A DNA stretch of 64,000 nucleotides from Diadema antillarum (lineage: Eukaryota). The notes beneath the pieces are model-generated. The model had not been told where the DNA came from. It made no database searches and saw only the letters and a list, made by a program, of their open reading frames with translations. Positions 24,839 through 37,078 of the stretch are shown piece by piece (the first letter of the stretch is position 1; each line of letters begins with the position of its first letter). Where the stretch lies: positions 4,092,001 through 4,156,000 of the forward strand of contig NW_027271069.1 of NCBI RefSeq assembly GCF_040938485.1, in the 5' to 3' direction. Position numbers and translations under genes: made by a program.

Positions 24839-25385
24839 TTACCTCCGCGAGGAGGTGAAACCTGCGGTCGGCGGAAGTTATATTTTCGGTTCCGTCTTGT
24901 TTGTCTGTCTGTCTGTTAGTCTGTCTCTCTGTTTGTGTACAAGATAACATGAGAACGGATAAACAAATTTTCACCAAACTTTCAGGGTGTGTTCATAGTA
25001 CGGTAAGAAAGGAACGATTGAATTTTGGGGTCATGAGGTCAAAGGTCAGAGGGTTATAAAGGGCATAAAACAAGATTAATCTCCCAATAACTCAATAACG
25101 GATGACCAGATTTTCTCCAAACTTGCAGGATATGTTCATAATAAAGTAAGAAAGAAACGATTACATTCTGGGTCATGGGGTCAAAGGTCAAAGGTCATGG
25201 GATCATATAAGACATAAAGTAACCTCCATCTCGCAATAACTGAACAATGGGTAATCAGATTTTCACCAAATGTATTGTGTAGATGTCCATATACCTCTAT
25301 GTTTGTATTGTAGGTGCTATTGCCTATAATGGCAATATCTTAGTCACGGCTGTTTGGCGGAGGCCCGTTCTCGAAGTGCTCGTGT
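24839..25385 (+). mobile_element. DINE-1/HINE-like (Helentron-associated) non-autonomous repeat
   Basis: Subterminal inverted repeat tacctccgc / ggcggagg, (GTCT)n tract and repeated ggggtca..ggtcaaaggtca core. Related fragments at ~21715-21900 and ~41105-41325. Confidence 0.55.
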
Positions 25386-26929
25386 CGAATACTGGTAATA
25401 ATTTCTGGAAGGTTAGTTAATTCGAGCAGATTTACTTTGTGTCAACAGCAGGTGCGCGATCAGTAAACCATGCTCTTTGTAGATTAACCCTGCATATTTG
25501 ATTGTTTCAGATAATATAATACATTTATTTTGATCAACAGCGGCTATTCGTTGTAAGCCACCTACACTTTTCCCCTCTTCTCCAAGATCACTCTGTGTAT
25601 TACGCAGCTCGAATGACAGTCTTGCTTAAGAAATACAAATATTGTTAAATGAAGAGATAATTTCACTGTAGAAGAGTGGAGAGGGAAATCTATGTACTGT
25701 TATCATGTAAGATATAGGCCTACCTATTATTTTCAACACAATGTTTGCTTCAATGTGCACCATCAAGCTACCAAGGAGGTAGGCCTTTATGACATTTTAC
25801 CTGCACAGCCCTGTATACTGACACAAAACACGAGACACCATGCGGACCAAACACCTGTGTTTTCTAATGACTATAATTAGTAGCGATGTGGTCTGTAGGA
25901 TACCTTTGAAATGATAGATTTAGATGCAATGTGCACTTTCTCAGCAGAAAACGTTAAACTTCTTGAGAAATATTCCCCATTTTTATATTATGTCTATAGC
26001 GTCTGGGATATTCATATGCTTGTATATAACTACAGGTGCAGAACAGACTCTCGTCGTAAAACTCCCTCGCACATTTTAGAAACTTTGCATGTAAATATCT
26101 TCTTCTTCTTCTTCTTCTTCTTTTTTGGTCTTTACTCCCCATTATGAAATGCATTGAGCCTGTATACCTACATGCACTCATACTATGAAAAGATTGAAAC
26201 ATAGAGGCACACGTACACAAAAACGTATGCACAACCATTATGTGTGATGAGGAAAGTGGCTCACTTCAGTGTAGTCATGTTCTGTTTTCATAGGGATGAG
26301 TGCCCTTCTCTCAGAGGCGGCGTGAGAGGAGTCGACTATTCAACACTACTCAAATTATTTTACTGAGTATTCTGCACATGTATTGTCATAATAAAGGCCT
26401 GTATTTCGTCAAACTTTGTCTTTGTAATACCCACAATACTTTCCAGAATCGAATTACTGAGTATAGTATAGGTTATCGTGGGTCGAAAAATGTTTTACCT
26501 TGATGTTCCTTATACCAGGATGGCTCGTTTGGTTTCACAAGAATTCCTGATTAAGCTCTAATTGGAAGCTTAATCGATCATTGTAAGCTTTGGCGTATAT
26601 TTGGAAGGCTAAATTACCGGTTTTTACGATGATCACCCACTTGACTTTCACTTTCATCTGTCCTTTCACAATTTCTGGACTGTGTACCTCCATAAAACAT
26701 ACACCAACCATCACATCATGTGGATAATTCGACGAAAAAAGAAGCGCTTCAAACAATCTTTAAGCGAGCCGTTTCCATGTCGCGTCCATTCGTGAAGAAA
26801 AGAGGTCTAGAATAGATATCTTTTATTGTACAAAGAAAGAAGAATCGAAGCAGAATTTCTCAAAATTGGGGCTTATGTATTTTTTTTTACAACAGCTGAT
26901 CCTCAAAAGAATCCATAGCTTGTTTGTAG

Positions 26930-26945
26930 TCACGCACACACACAT

Positions 26946-26993
<48 letters not shown>

Positions 26994-27010
26994 GTATATA
27001 TATATTTATA
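26930..27010. repeat. (CA)n/(TA)n microsatellite
   Basis: Direct reading. Confidence 0.95.
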
Positions 27011-29369
27011 TACATTATATATGTAAAATATATTCATACATGCATAGTGTATATGTGTGTGTGTCTACCTCCCCAAATCAAGGACACGTCTACAGAAACG
27101 ACGGTCCAACACTGTGAGATAACCATTAATCTAAAACTCTCTATAAAAATATTACCCCTATTTTGCAGCCAATGTATTTTAACGTGTTTGGGTTTTCATT
27201 AATATGAGTGCATGTTTGTTGACTATGCAGTCATATTTTGTGTAGTGTGTACCGTATACTGTATCATGCCAAGCTAGTCTGGAAGATGTCAATGAAAATA
27301 GATAAACAGAGATTGCCTATGATAAATACAATAAAAGGTAGTTTTATATGTTTTCCTCAAAGATATACAGTGCGTTTCAGATCGCTTTGGCTCGTCCGGC
27401 GAGGTGTTCAAAACGTGTGGTCAGGCATGTTTGACACATTTTTAGGCCCCCTCCCTGTTTTTCTTCATTTTTTTTTTTTTTTTTTGGGGGGGGGGGGTAC
27501 AAATATAGAGAGATATACGCTCAGAGAGCGAGGGAGAGAGAGAGAGAGAGAGAGGGTGGGAGCTAGAGGTACCTACACATGTTAATATATATCATGGAAT
27601 TTTGAAAGTGGACGTCAGAATGTTCAAATAATATTTGGTGTACATGGTGTATACAAGTGCAGTTAAATCGACATATTACGGAAATACCAATGTGAAATAC
27701 TAATCTTTGAATGCGGAAGGGTATTCAACCAATTTTTGTCAACTGGGAATCTAATGTCAGAACACATTTAACGTAGAATAATAGATCATACAAGAGTAAC
27801 GCTTTTGTTTTTTTCTTTTGCATAATAGTAATGATATGTTCGGTAAGCATGGTTACAATAGGCACATAAAATGTGAGAATACCTATAATATTATATACCA
27901 AGACGATGATCGTCCAGATATGGTACAAAACGTATACCGGTCTACCGTTCTTCTTTATAGACCTTGTGTGGGTGAAACATGAATTATATTCGTTTCGTAT
28001 TCGAAGAGAGTTAAATGTAAAATACCAAACTACAAAAATACACATGTAAAGTCTCTTTTTACATTGAGATAATCCTATTGCGATACTCTGATAAATGTCT
28101 TTATCAATATAAATGCTACCAGCCAAAAGGTCTAAATAAAAGTTTGCTTTGATTTCCATCTTTTTCTCTGTCTCTCAATAGTGTTATCGACTGCATGTCT
28201 GTACTGACATACGTTACGAGTATTATAAACTTCATGAAAATTATTCCCCTTTCAGACTGTAGTTTAACATCACGAAAAGAATGTTTTATTAAGTTTAAAA
28301 ATTTAGAAATGATACCGGATGTCAAAGCGAGAAGAGGATACGACGTTTTTACAATATTTGCCGAAACTATTCAGACATGCCATAAGTTAGCTGTGGTGGT
28401 AAACGAATCTGAATGAAGTCTCCTTGCTACGCTCTATTAGCTCAACCAAAAAGTGTATTTGCAGGGAAATAAAACGTATGTACTCTTCAAACATCTATAC
28501 CCCAGAGGTTTATGTTGTGTGTAAATAAAAGTGTGGGTCTGCTTCGAGTGCAGTACTATTGAGCTCCATGTGGGGAAAATGCACGACTCCTTATCTTGTC
28601 GTCTTTTCCCCGGCTTTTCCCCTCCAGTGTTTGTAATTACCAAGAGGGGGCTGGGCAGATATAACAAACTATTGTATTCCGCTTATAGTGTTAGTTTTAA
28701 ATGAGAATTTCCTCTATATTTGTAGTTTACATCAGAAGTGATATATTCTTTCTTTCTTTTTTCTAATTTGATGCCATTCTTACAGGTTTATATCATCGCC
28801 TTAAGAATGTTTCCAAGCTCTGTTATCTACAGTCCCTTCCCCTCTCTCAAAGCCTTTTCTCTTCACAATGTTAATTTCATTTTTCCTTTCTTGTTTTATG
28901 CATTTTAATTTCTTCGTTAATTTCGTCTCCAATATTGCATCCAAATATCATTTAACTTTCGTTGTTTCATTCTCCTTTGAGTGTTACCAGAAGTGGTACC
29001 AATACATATATTTAGTGAAAATGATAATTACTGGTCTCGTATCTCTCTGCATTCATGCGTTAAACCTGAAGTAATTGACAGGAAGTAACTACATTGGTTC
29101 CCTGGAATAGTGCTAGGATATCCTTGTTATTTTTTTTTAACTCGCCGGTCTCTTTATTTACCTTTTCTTTATACTGCGCGTTGCTATTTATTACAAGGCT
29201 GTCATAAAACTGATGTTTACTACACATCATTGTACATGATTGCTTCCACAATCTTCATTAATGGAATATTTATATCCTTGAGTTCCTCTTGTCCATTTAT
29301 TTTTTGCCAGAGTGATTGAGAAACACTAAATGAATTTTGGTCGTTCAAGGGAAAAATACGTCCCCTTAG

Positions 29370-29665
29370 TGGCGTCACTTCCTGTGCATAACCAGTGAAG
29401 CAAAGTTACGTAAGTCAAAATCCCCAAACTGATGTAGACTAGAAAGCAATTCCTTCATCGTGACATCAGCGAAGTATTTTTACATGTTGCTTTAATATGG
29501 CATGAAGCAGGTTTAACATATCTTCCGGGCCTCCATGTCGGTTTCGAAGAGCCTAAATATTTTTAGATATGGTGCTACCAAACTTGATATACGGGATGGA
29601 ATATTTAAGATCCACTCGCCCTGCTTATAAAAAGGACTGCACATCTCAGTACTTCATCAGTCGTC
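29370..29665 (+). promoter_or_regulatory. IL-17 core promoter and proximal motif cluster
   Basis: TATAAAA at 29627 and Inr-like TCAGTC at 29657. ETS CACTTCCTG 29376, TTACGTAA 29406, kB-like CAAAATCCCC 29416 and TGACATCA 29461. Confidence 0.6.
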
Positions 29666-29824
29666 AAGGGTAAAAAAGCAGTCTTGGAAAACACACATCT
29701 TTAACTGAAAAAGCTTTGCAGATCTGGTTTGAGATTTTTTTTTTTTTGCGGTACTGTGGTCATCAACAGAATTTTGCCAATTCGACATTTTGCATCAAAT
29801 CGTGTGGAACCTTTTTTTTAAGTC

Positions 29825-31301
29825 ATGGTAAGTCTTTTAAATTTATGTTTAAGACTTAAGAACTTATGATGCAGTCGTGCTCCTCATTCTTATGAACGAC
29901 AAGCTATACGGCAAGTAAAATCTAGCGATAAACTTTGCGTTAATTTGACTGATTGTAAGATTCCCTGCAGAATATGATTTTTTTTTTTATGATTGGGTGA
30001 CGAAGCCATGTACATCTCAGTTTGGACCAGTTTAACTTTAGTTTGCAGTAGCTTTGTTTTATTTTTTTTTTCATTCCATCGATTTTGTCTCACACCTAAG
30101 CCTGGATAAGAGAAGTAATTCTTGTGCAAGCATAAAACACGCAAAACTTTCACCAATGAAAAGACTTTTCATGTTCATCAGCAGGTGAAACTTTAATATC
30201 GACAGTAGCTAATCCAGTCTCAGCGTTTACAGCTATGGCTATTTTGGCAGTCACAGATCATGGCAAAAATATCGTAAAAGGAAAAAAGTTTAAGTAGAAT
30301 TTTACAATGGCAATGACGCTCTGGAAGATCACATCACATAATGTTATACATATGATATCATAGGTAAGAACAGGTAATCCGTGGAAATTGCTCAAGTTTG
30401 TTTTAAGTCTGCGGCTTCTGTTGTCAGAAAAGAACAACAATGTCAGCTTTGTCTTGTTTGAAAAATTTCAACACCTCTCTTATGGCATCCGTCGGGTAAA
30501 TAACACGCAAGTCTTTAACGACTTAGAGCCTTGTTTCTTAAAACCGACTGCCCTCCTATAACTGTTGTAGGGCCTACAACAAAATAATGTATTCAGCTAT
30601 CTAATGATAGTAAAAGGAAAAACTGCCACAAAATGGGTAGGCCTACATTCCTTGAATTTTTGTCAGTTTTGATAGAATTACAGGACTGTTTTCATTCTCA
30701 TAACATTCAGTTATGCGCTGAATAGTATGACTATATTCTTTCTTTCTTTGTCACGCAGGATTCTATTCGACACCTCTGTATCATCATTGCCTGCGTTGCC
30801 CTTGGCAACGCGAATGTTATCCCGGGTGGACTGCTACAGCATGCACGCCCGCACCTTTTCCAACGACTACATCACAGCGCGGACGTGTCGTCTTCGCTAG
30901 AGGACCTCAACGCCAACCACGCCAACACGTGGCGGAGCACCCTTGCGGAGCTGATTGCGGAAACAAAAACTACCATGAATTGTCCCTGGTCTGCACCCCC
31001 TGCGTATGAAGAACTGCAGAATAGAGTCAGCCTCTGCCCGTGGTCCTACGACGTGCATTACGACGCCAACAGATTCCCTTACAGCATCCGGTATGCGGTC
31101 TGCAAATGCACAGACTGCCCCATGCATATGCTCAACGCCAACTCCAACGACACCGCGCCGGCGTTGGACGCCACTTCGGGTTGTCGAGAGGTCTACGACA
31201 CGCGCACTGTCTTGTACCGCCAGCGCCCGGGAGAAAGAGACAGCCCATACGTGTCCGTCAACATCAAAGTGTCGGTCGGTTGCGTTTGTCAACGTATTTA
31301 A
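29825..31301 (+). CDS. IL17: Interleukin-17 family cytokine, 181 aa
   Basis: Exon 1 codes only ATG (29825-29827|GTAAGT). Exon 2 is 30759-31301 (CGCAG|GAT, phase 0). It has a signal peptide (DSIRHLCIIIACVALGNA) and the IL-17 cystine-knot motifs RVSLCPWSY, DANRFP, AVCKCTDC and VSVGCVC. Confidence 0.93.
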
Positions 31302-32567
31302 ACTATCCTGTTTGGTAACATGTGCCGTGTAGTATTCATATTTCTCATATTCTAATCGCATGATATGCTACTATGAAGCGCTATTCAAGAACCTCCCACG
31401 TGGGATTTGTTAATGTTTTTGTATTTCCGTTATGGAATGCATATGTATTTCACATTGAAAAGCCTTGTTCGTATCATAAGGAAATATTCGATAATTATTC
31501 TTACTTTGTGAATTCGCAATGCGACGATTACCAGTCATCGAATTCATATCAAAAGTTGTTATCAGTATACTACATTTTCTGCCTCGATGAAATGAACGGA
31601 TGTAGTACGTATAGATAGCACAATAGTATATATCCCAGAATTTTGTATCGCGTCTTCAAGACTTTAAGTTAGTATCATCTGTCTCTTCTTGCAGAGCAGC
31701 AAGGTACCAGATAAAAATAAGACTACGATGATAAGTTACCTATTTCATTTCGATAAATGAAGTATTATAGGTTAGGAGATCGACATTGCGAATTTACAAT
31801 GACCGCTCCAATATGGAGCAATAATCGCAAGATCTTGTTTTATTCTTAGGTATATCATTTTGATAATCATTTTTAATTCTGCATTGTCTGATTGTGGTTC
31901 TTCATTGTCTTAACCTAAAACGAATACGATGATATTTCACATGATATTGATATTCGTATTACATGAAATAAAACAAAGACAAATAAACAATCATTGAAAG
32001 TGATTTTGTGTGCAGAATTTTAGACAGAATGAGTAAGAACAGAAGATGGTAATTTTAATAATCATTTCCGTTTTACTGGGATCACTCTTAGTAGTAAACA
32101 CTATACAAATTGAGTAGGCATATATAATACGCTATACCTTCATAAATTTACATTCAGTGGTTTTTAAACTGAAATGCAAAGTTATGTGATATTCGCTTCG
32201 TCTGTTTTTTTTTTTCCTCATCACGTGACTACGCCATTAAGTGCAATGACTTCTATTATTTGGTCAGGGAAACCTCGGAAATACCTCAGTAAGCTAAGCA
32301 TTGCCTTTAATGAACCTGTCTTGAAATTAAATGTACATCCGCAGAGCTCAAAACGTTTACCAAAGAAAAGACAAAAGAATTGAATTGATTCTAATTACAG
32401 TGGTAAACGAAATATTTTATTTATGCACAAATAAAGTGTCAGGGATGGGGAGCTGTTTATAGGTGCAATCAACCAGCCCTCCACAATTATCCACTACCCA
32501 TCTCCCTTTTTAGTCCTTCTTTCGATATCATTAAGTGAATCATTCTTGTGCTACAAGCAGACAAGTA

Positions 32568-32737
32568 CAGTCAACCTCGCTTAAGTCGAATCCAAAGAGA
32601 CCAGAAAAAATCCATCGACTTAAGTGAATCTCGATTTACGCGATTGAATTAACGCATATTGATATCCATGCAGGGTTTTTTTCCCGACCCAGCCAGTTTT
32701 TCGACTTGTACAATTTCGACTTAGGTGAGGTCGACTG
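32568..32737. mobile_element. Tc1/mariner (Tigger/pogo-like) MITE
   Basis: TA|cagtcaacctcgcttaagtcga ... tcgacttaggtgaggtcgactg. The right TA appears mutated. Confidence 0.7.
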
Positions 32738-33987
32738 TTTTACTTATTGTATACCTGTAAAATGCTAAGTTTTCATGAGCATGTTTTGCTTCTTCGTTTC
32801 AAATATTTACAATTCGAGTTCTTAATGGAATGTTATGAAGAAAGCACAAAATTGTCATAATTTGTACTTGTTCGCAGTAACATCGCAATATCCTGAAGAA
32901 TACGAACTCACTGTGTTATTTATAGTGTTTGCATTATTTATCTAAGTGTATTTTGAATTATACGAATAAACTATGCTTTTCGCAATCAAATCAAACAGTT
33001 CGTTCTTTTCCTTGCAGCGAGTAGTTTAAAGACCCAATTATTGTTTCGTGTCAGAGAGCGGTAATTGTTCTAATTGAGTAGATGGAAGCGTCATGGCAAA
33101 ACTTAACCCATTCTGTACCAATGTGCAAAAATATTACACCCAAGCCCGTGATCAGGTAATATAACGTGGCACGCAAAGGGTTACTGATTGCCTAATGAGA
33201 GTCGACACGTGAGAGATATGTGCCATGTCTTATAGAGCACTTCATTAAAAAATCAAAAACAAAAGCAAACACTTTAAATCACAATTTACAATCATTGCGG
33301 TTATCAAAATTACTCGGGAGCATTATTATTCACCCGTGAGTTTTGTTTGTTTTTTGATAGAATTGCAATTTGTCTGTAACAGACGGGGCCATGGTATGAT
33401 TATGTATTATAATCGCTGGTTCTCTCTTTGATATTTCGCATAAGCATGTCCGTACGAAAATAGATTAAGGAATACATTCATGTATACCATATACTCGATA
33501 CTTGAATTATAACAGACACAAGCAGATTTAAACTGAACAAACTTTAGGTCAACATTACAGATTTAATCCTCGTCGCAATTGCTTGAATTTAACATTTTGA
33601 ATTTTTTCAATTCTTACTGCTTCTTCGTGCGTGTGTGTGTGTATGCGTGTTTTGTTTTTCAACAGTGCACCAAGTCCATCTTGCAAGTTGATAAGAAAGA
33701 TCTTGGTCATCTTAATACACAGTTTTCGTTAAAGCTTCACATCTGCACTCGTCAGCTTCACTGAAATCAAATTCTGATTCAAATTACGACTTTGGCCTCA
33801 ATTCATCCGCACACAAGCTCATCTCATTTTGATAGAAGCAGTTTCTGCAAGAACATTGTACATGTATATCATCTCCTATACACATCACTTGCACACCGAA
33901 CTCCTCAAAACATAAGTCTACTTAATCATTTAGAATGCCCAAAGAGATGTGGAGAACATCCACAGCACACTAACCAAAAACAATTAA

Positions 33988-34540
33988 AGGACAAGTCCAC
34001 CTTCATATTCATAGGGATTGAGAGAATGCAGCAATATTAGTAGAACATATCAGTGAAAGTTTGAGGAAAATTAACCAATCCGTTCAAAAGTTACGAATAT
34101 TTTAAGTATCTGCGCAGTCACTGCTGGAAGAGAAGACTACTACAGTGTATGATGTCTCATGCGTATAACTATATAAGAAAAATAGAAAGAATTTCACAAA
34201 ACTTTACTTTTTGAATAAAGTGCACATTTCTTTGACTTGCTACTGACGTATGTTAAGGGTAATATTATTCCCCCTGCCTTCTGAAAGAGAGAAGTCGAGT
34301 GTTCTTTTGTTATGCGAGAAAAATGGAAATATGTTAAATTTTCTTTATTCTTTCTTTATATCGTTGTACTCATGTGACATCACAAGCTATAGTAGTCTTT
34401 TCATCCAGCCGTGACTGAGCAGAAACTTTTTTTTTAACTTTTTAACGGATTGTCCGATTTTGCTCAAACTCTCACTGATGTGTTCTACTAATATTGCTGC
34501 ATTCACTCAACCCACATGTCTATAAAGGTGAACTTGTCCT
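33988..34540. mobile_element. TTAA-target MITE, family B (second copy)
   Basis: TIR aggacaagtccacctt / aaggtgaacttgtcct with TTAA flanks. Colinear with 9611-10168. Confidence 0.9.
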
Positions 34541-35024
34541 TTAAAATCAACAGAGATCTTACAACGATAATCATTTGGTCACTTTGGACCACTCCTTCAA
34601 CCAAATACAACACCATCCTTTCCTACTACACTATCTCATAGCCTAACATGATAAAAAAATACAGAAAGAAAACAACAAAACCATCCTGCAATGATGCACA
34701 CACAAACACTTTACACAAATCAATTCATTAATTTCATTATTTAAAAAAGGAGCTATTTCGGTTTACCATGTTTCAGTCATTACTGTTAAACAACCGACAA
34801 TATGTGTGAGGGAGAAACAGAGGGAAGCCACCTTCGTCAAAATATGATGTAAACGTCACAGGTAATTCCACAGAAGAGTTCTACTGATTTGCTTTTTTCA
34901 GAATAAACTCTTCAGTCGTGTTTGTCTCTATTCATAATTGTCTCTTTGTCTCTCAATCTGTGGTGTCTTTGATATTAATTTCAAGTATAAGCAAATTTCG
35001 AAGACTCGGTTTTTATGAGTACAA

Positions 35025-35341
35025 TCAGCACTTCATCTCAAAGCCAGTCTTGATTAAATCCACTGGAAAACAGTTGGGTCTGTTCTGCCTAGCGTCTTCA
35101 TCAGCAGTAGCTTCCTGCTGCTGATCGTCGCCGTTATCATCATCAGCACATGCCGCGAATCTCTCGATGCCGTGGAAGGCTGGTCCTTGGCTCTTCCGGT
35201 TATCGATGACCACGGGCTGTCCGGAGGTGAATCTCAGTCGTGATTGAGTTGCGTTACCATGGTTACCATTCATCAGAAGCAAGTGGGAATGCAGAAGTTC
35301 CTTGTGCAGGCTGTGGATGAATGCTTGCACGGTCTCGTACC
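35025..35341 (-). CDS. Orphan terminal coding exon (phase-1 acceptor, 104 codons to stop)
   Basis: Acceptor ctgactctgatcttgtctgttcgcatAG|GG TAC GAG. Open reading YETVQAFIHSLHKELL...RPNCFPVDLIKTGFEMKC*. Coding-like composition within AT-rich surroundings. Confidence 0.55.
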
Positions 35342-37078
35342 CTATGCGAACAGACAAGATCAGAGTCAGTATAAATCGTAGCCCTAAACGTGCGAGTTAT
35401 AGAGGATAATTTTATGATGAGACACGAAGTTGATAATGACCATGTACATGGTAGATGAGACATTGAAAGTTCATGAACTCACTTTCAAGCACTATGAGAG
35501 ACACGTGTGCTATAAAAGTAGACATGATTGAGCGACTTGTGCGTTGTGTATTGTTTTGGCCACCAAATTTTCCTGGTGCTCATGGCTTGATGATTAAATG
35601 GCTAAAAAGTAATTTTGCCGATTCTATTTTCAAGAATAAATAAGTTTTTAGGTAGGGGGATATCATTTGTGTGTATTTTTGAATATACAAATTATTTATA
35701 CACTGTACTATAATTTTCAGCAGCTATGTATACCGGACCAAATATTAAAGAACATCTTTATAATAATGAATCTGAAAATGGGCAATCCAACCATTTTGGA
35801 ATCTTTCATGTATGATTTAGTTTTGGTCTGTGTATCTTTCATGTTAAATGGAGAATACATAAACAAAAACAAACACACAAATATTTTTCATAATCATTTT
35901 CTGATATCCGTGATAAATATAACATTGTTGACCAGAGTCCCAAAGAGGCAGAATACACATGTCATTATACTTGCCTATTTAAAAATACGTGCTACATGCT
36001 CTTCAGGAATTAATGGTCTGCATTTTTTGTCTTAGCATATTATACCTATGTGCAGTGTTTCACCATTTCCTTTACCTTTTACTGATATCTTTCGACAAGA
36101 CGAGTTTCTTAACCCATTCCAAATTGAATTCTGAAATTCCCATAGACTTAATGCACATGCGACCAGGCTCCCCTATTGAATGGATTAAATCCCTTAATAT
36201 CCTGTCGATTCTTTTAACGTGGATTACTTGTCTCCTGCCAGACCACCCAAATCTCATCAATATTTCATTCGAAAGCTGACATAATGGCTTAATGTTGTCA
36301 TGTGTAGATCACAACCAAAAGTACTCTGTGGTCACACAAGGAGAAGTGAAAGTCCACCTTAATATCTTTGTAGAAATTTGTTAAACCAAGGCACGATGTT
36401 AGTCACTTCGTAATAGAGAAAAAAACACAAGTAAATCTGCAGGGGATGGTCTCGGTAAAAAGGTAAGAACTTTCAGGCAAAAAGGAAACCGAAGCAAAAA
36501 AAAAAAAAAAAATCGAATAAATGTCAGATGAAATAAATCGTCGCCTCAATGGAAAAAGGGGTTAACGCATCCGAGCTACGCGGGGCTGCGCGAAAAAAGT
36601 TTTCGAGATAATTGACTTTAAAGGTTTTTTGGCTTCAAAATTGGGTTTAATCAAGGTTGATTCCTTCATTTCTTATATATAGTGTAGATTAACGATTAAT
36701 TACTTTACAAGCGTACTTTCAGCGATAATCCTCATTAAATCTTTGAGTAATTACAATTTTTCCATTAGTAACCTTAATACAGCCATATCTTCGCGTGCTT
36801 TTGAATGGCAAAAAGGGGTTAACGCTAAAGCGCGCGTCGATAACCCCTTCTTGCCATTTAACATCGCACGAACTGACGGTGTTGAAAGGGTACTGTCACT
36901 CCATAACATGTGTGCATTAAGTTTGTCTGTACCCAATAGTGATTTTAACGTAACTGCTAGGCTTTATCAGTCGTGTCTTTTATATACTGTAGTGGGGCCT
37001 TATCCCCATTTTATTACTGGAAAATTCTAAATTATAGGATTCAATATATTGTATTTGTGAGAAATGCATTAACCCCAT

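Noticed and set aside
25692-28667. Numerous 60-144 aa ORFs upstream of IL-17
   Set aside because: AT-rich, microsatellite-containing, with no domains or splice-consistent structure.
33104-33183. ttaaccc...gggtta mini-hairpin (piggyBac-like)
   Set aside because: Only ~80 bp with weak arms and an imperfect right TTAA.
36400-36540. Exact left terminus and TSD of the giant element
   Set aside because: Tested 2-4 bp flanks at several candidate boundaries against 56990-57045 and none matched, so no TSD is claimed.
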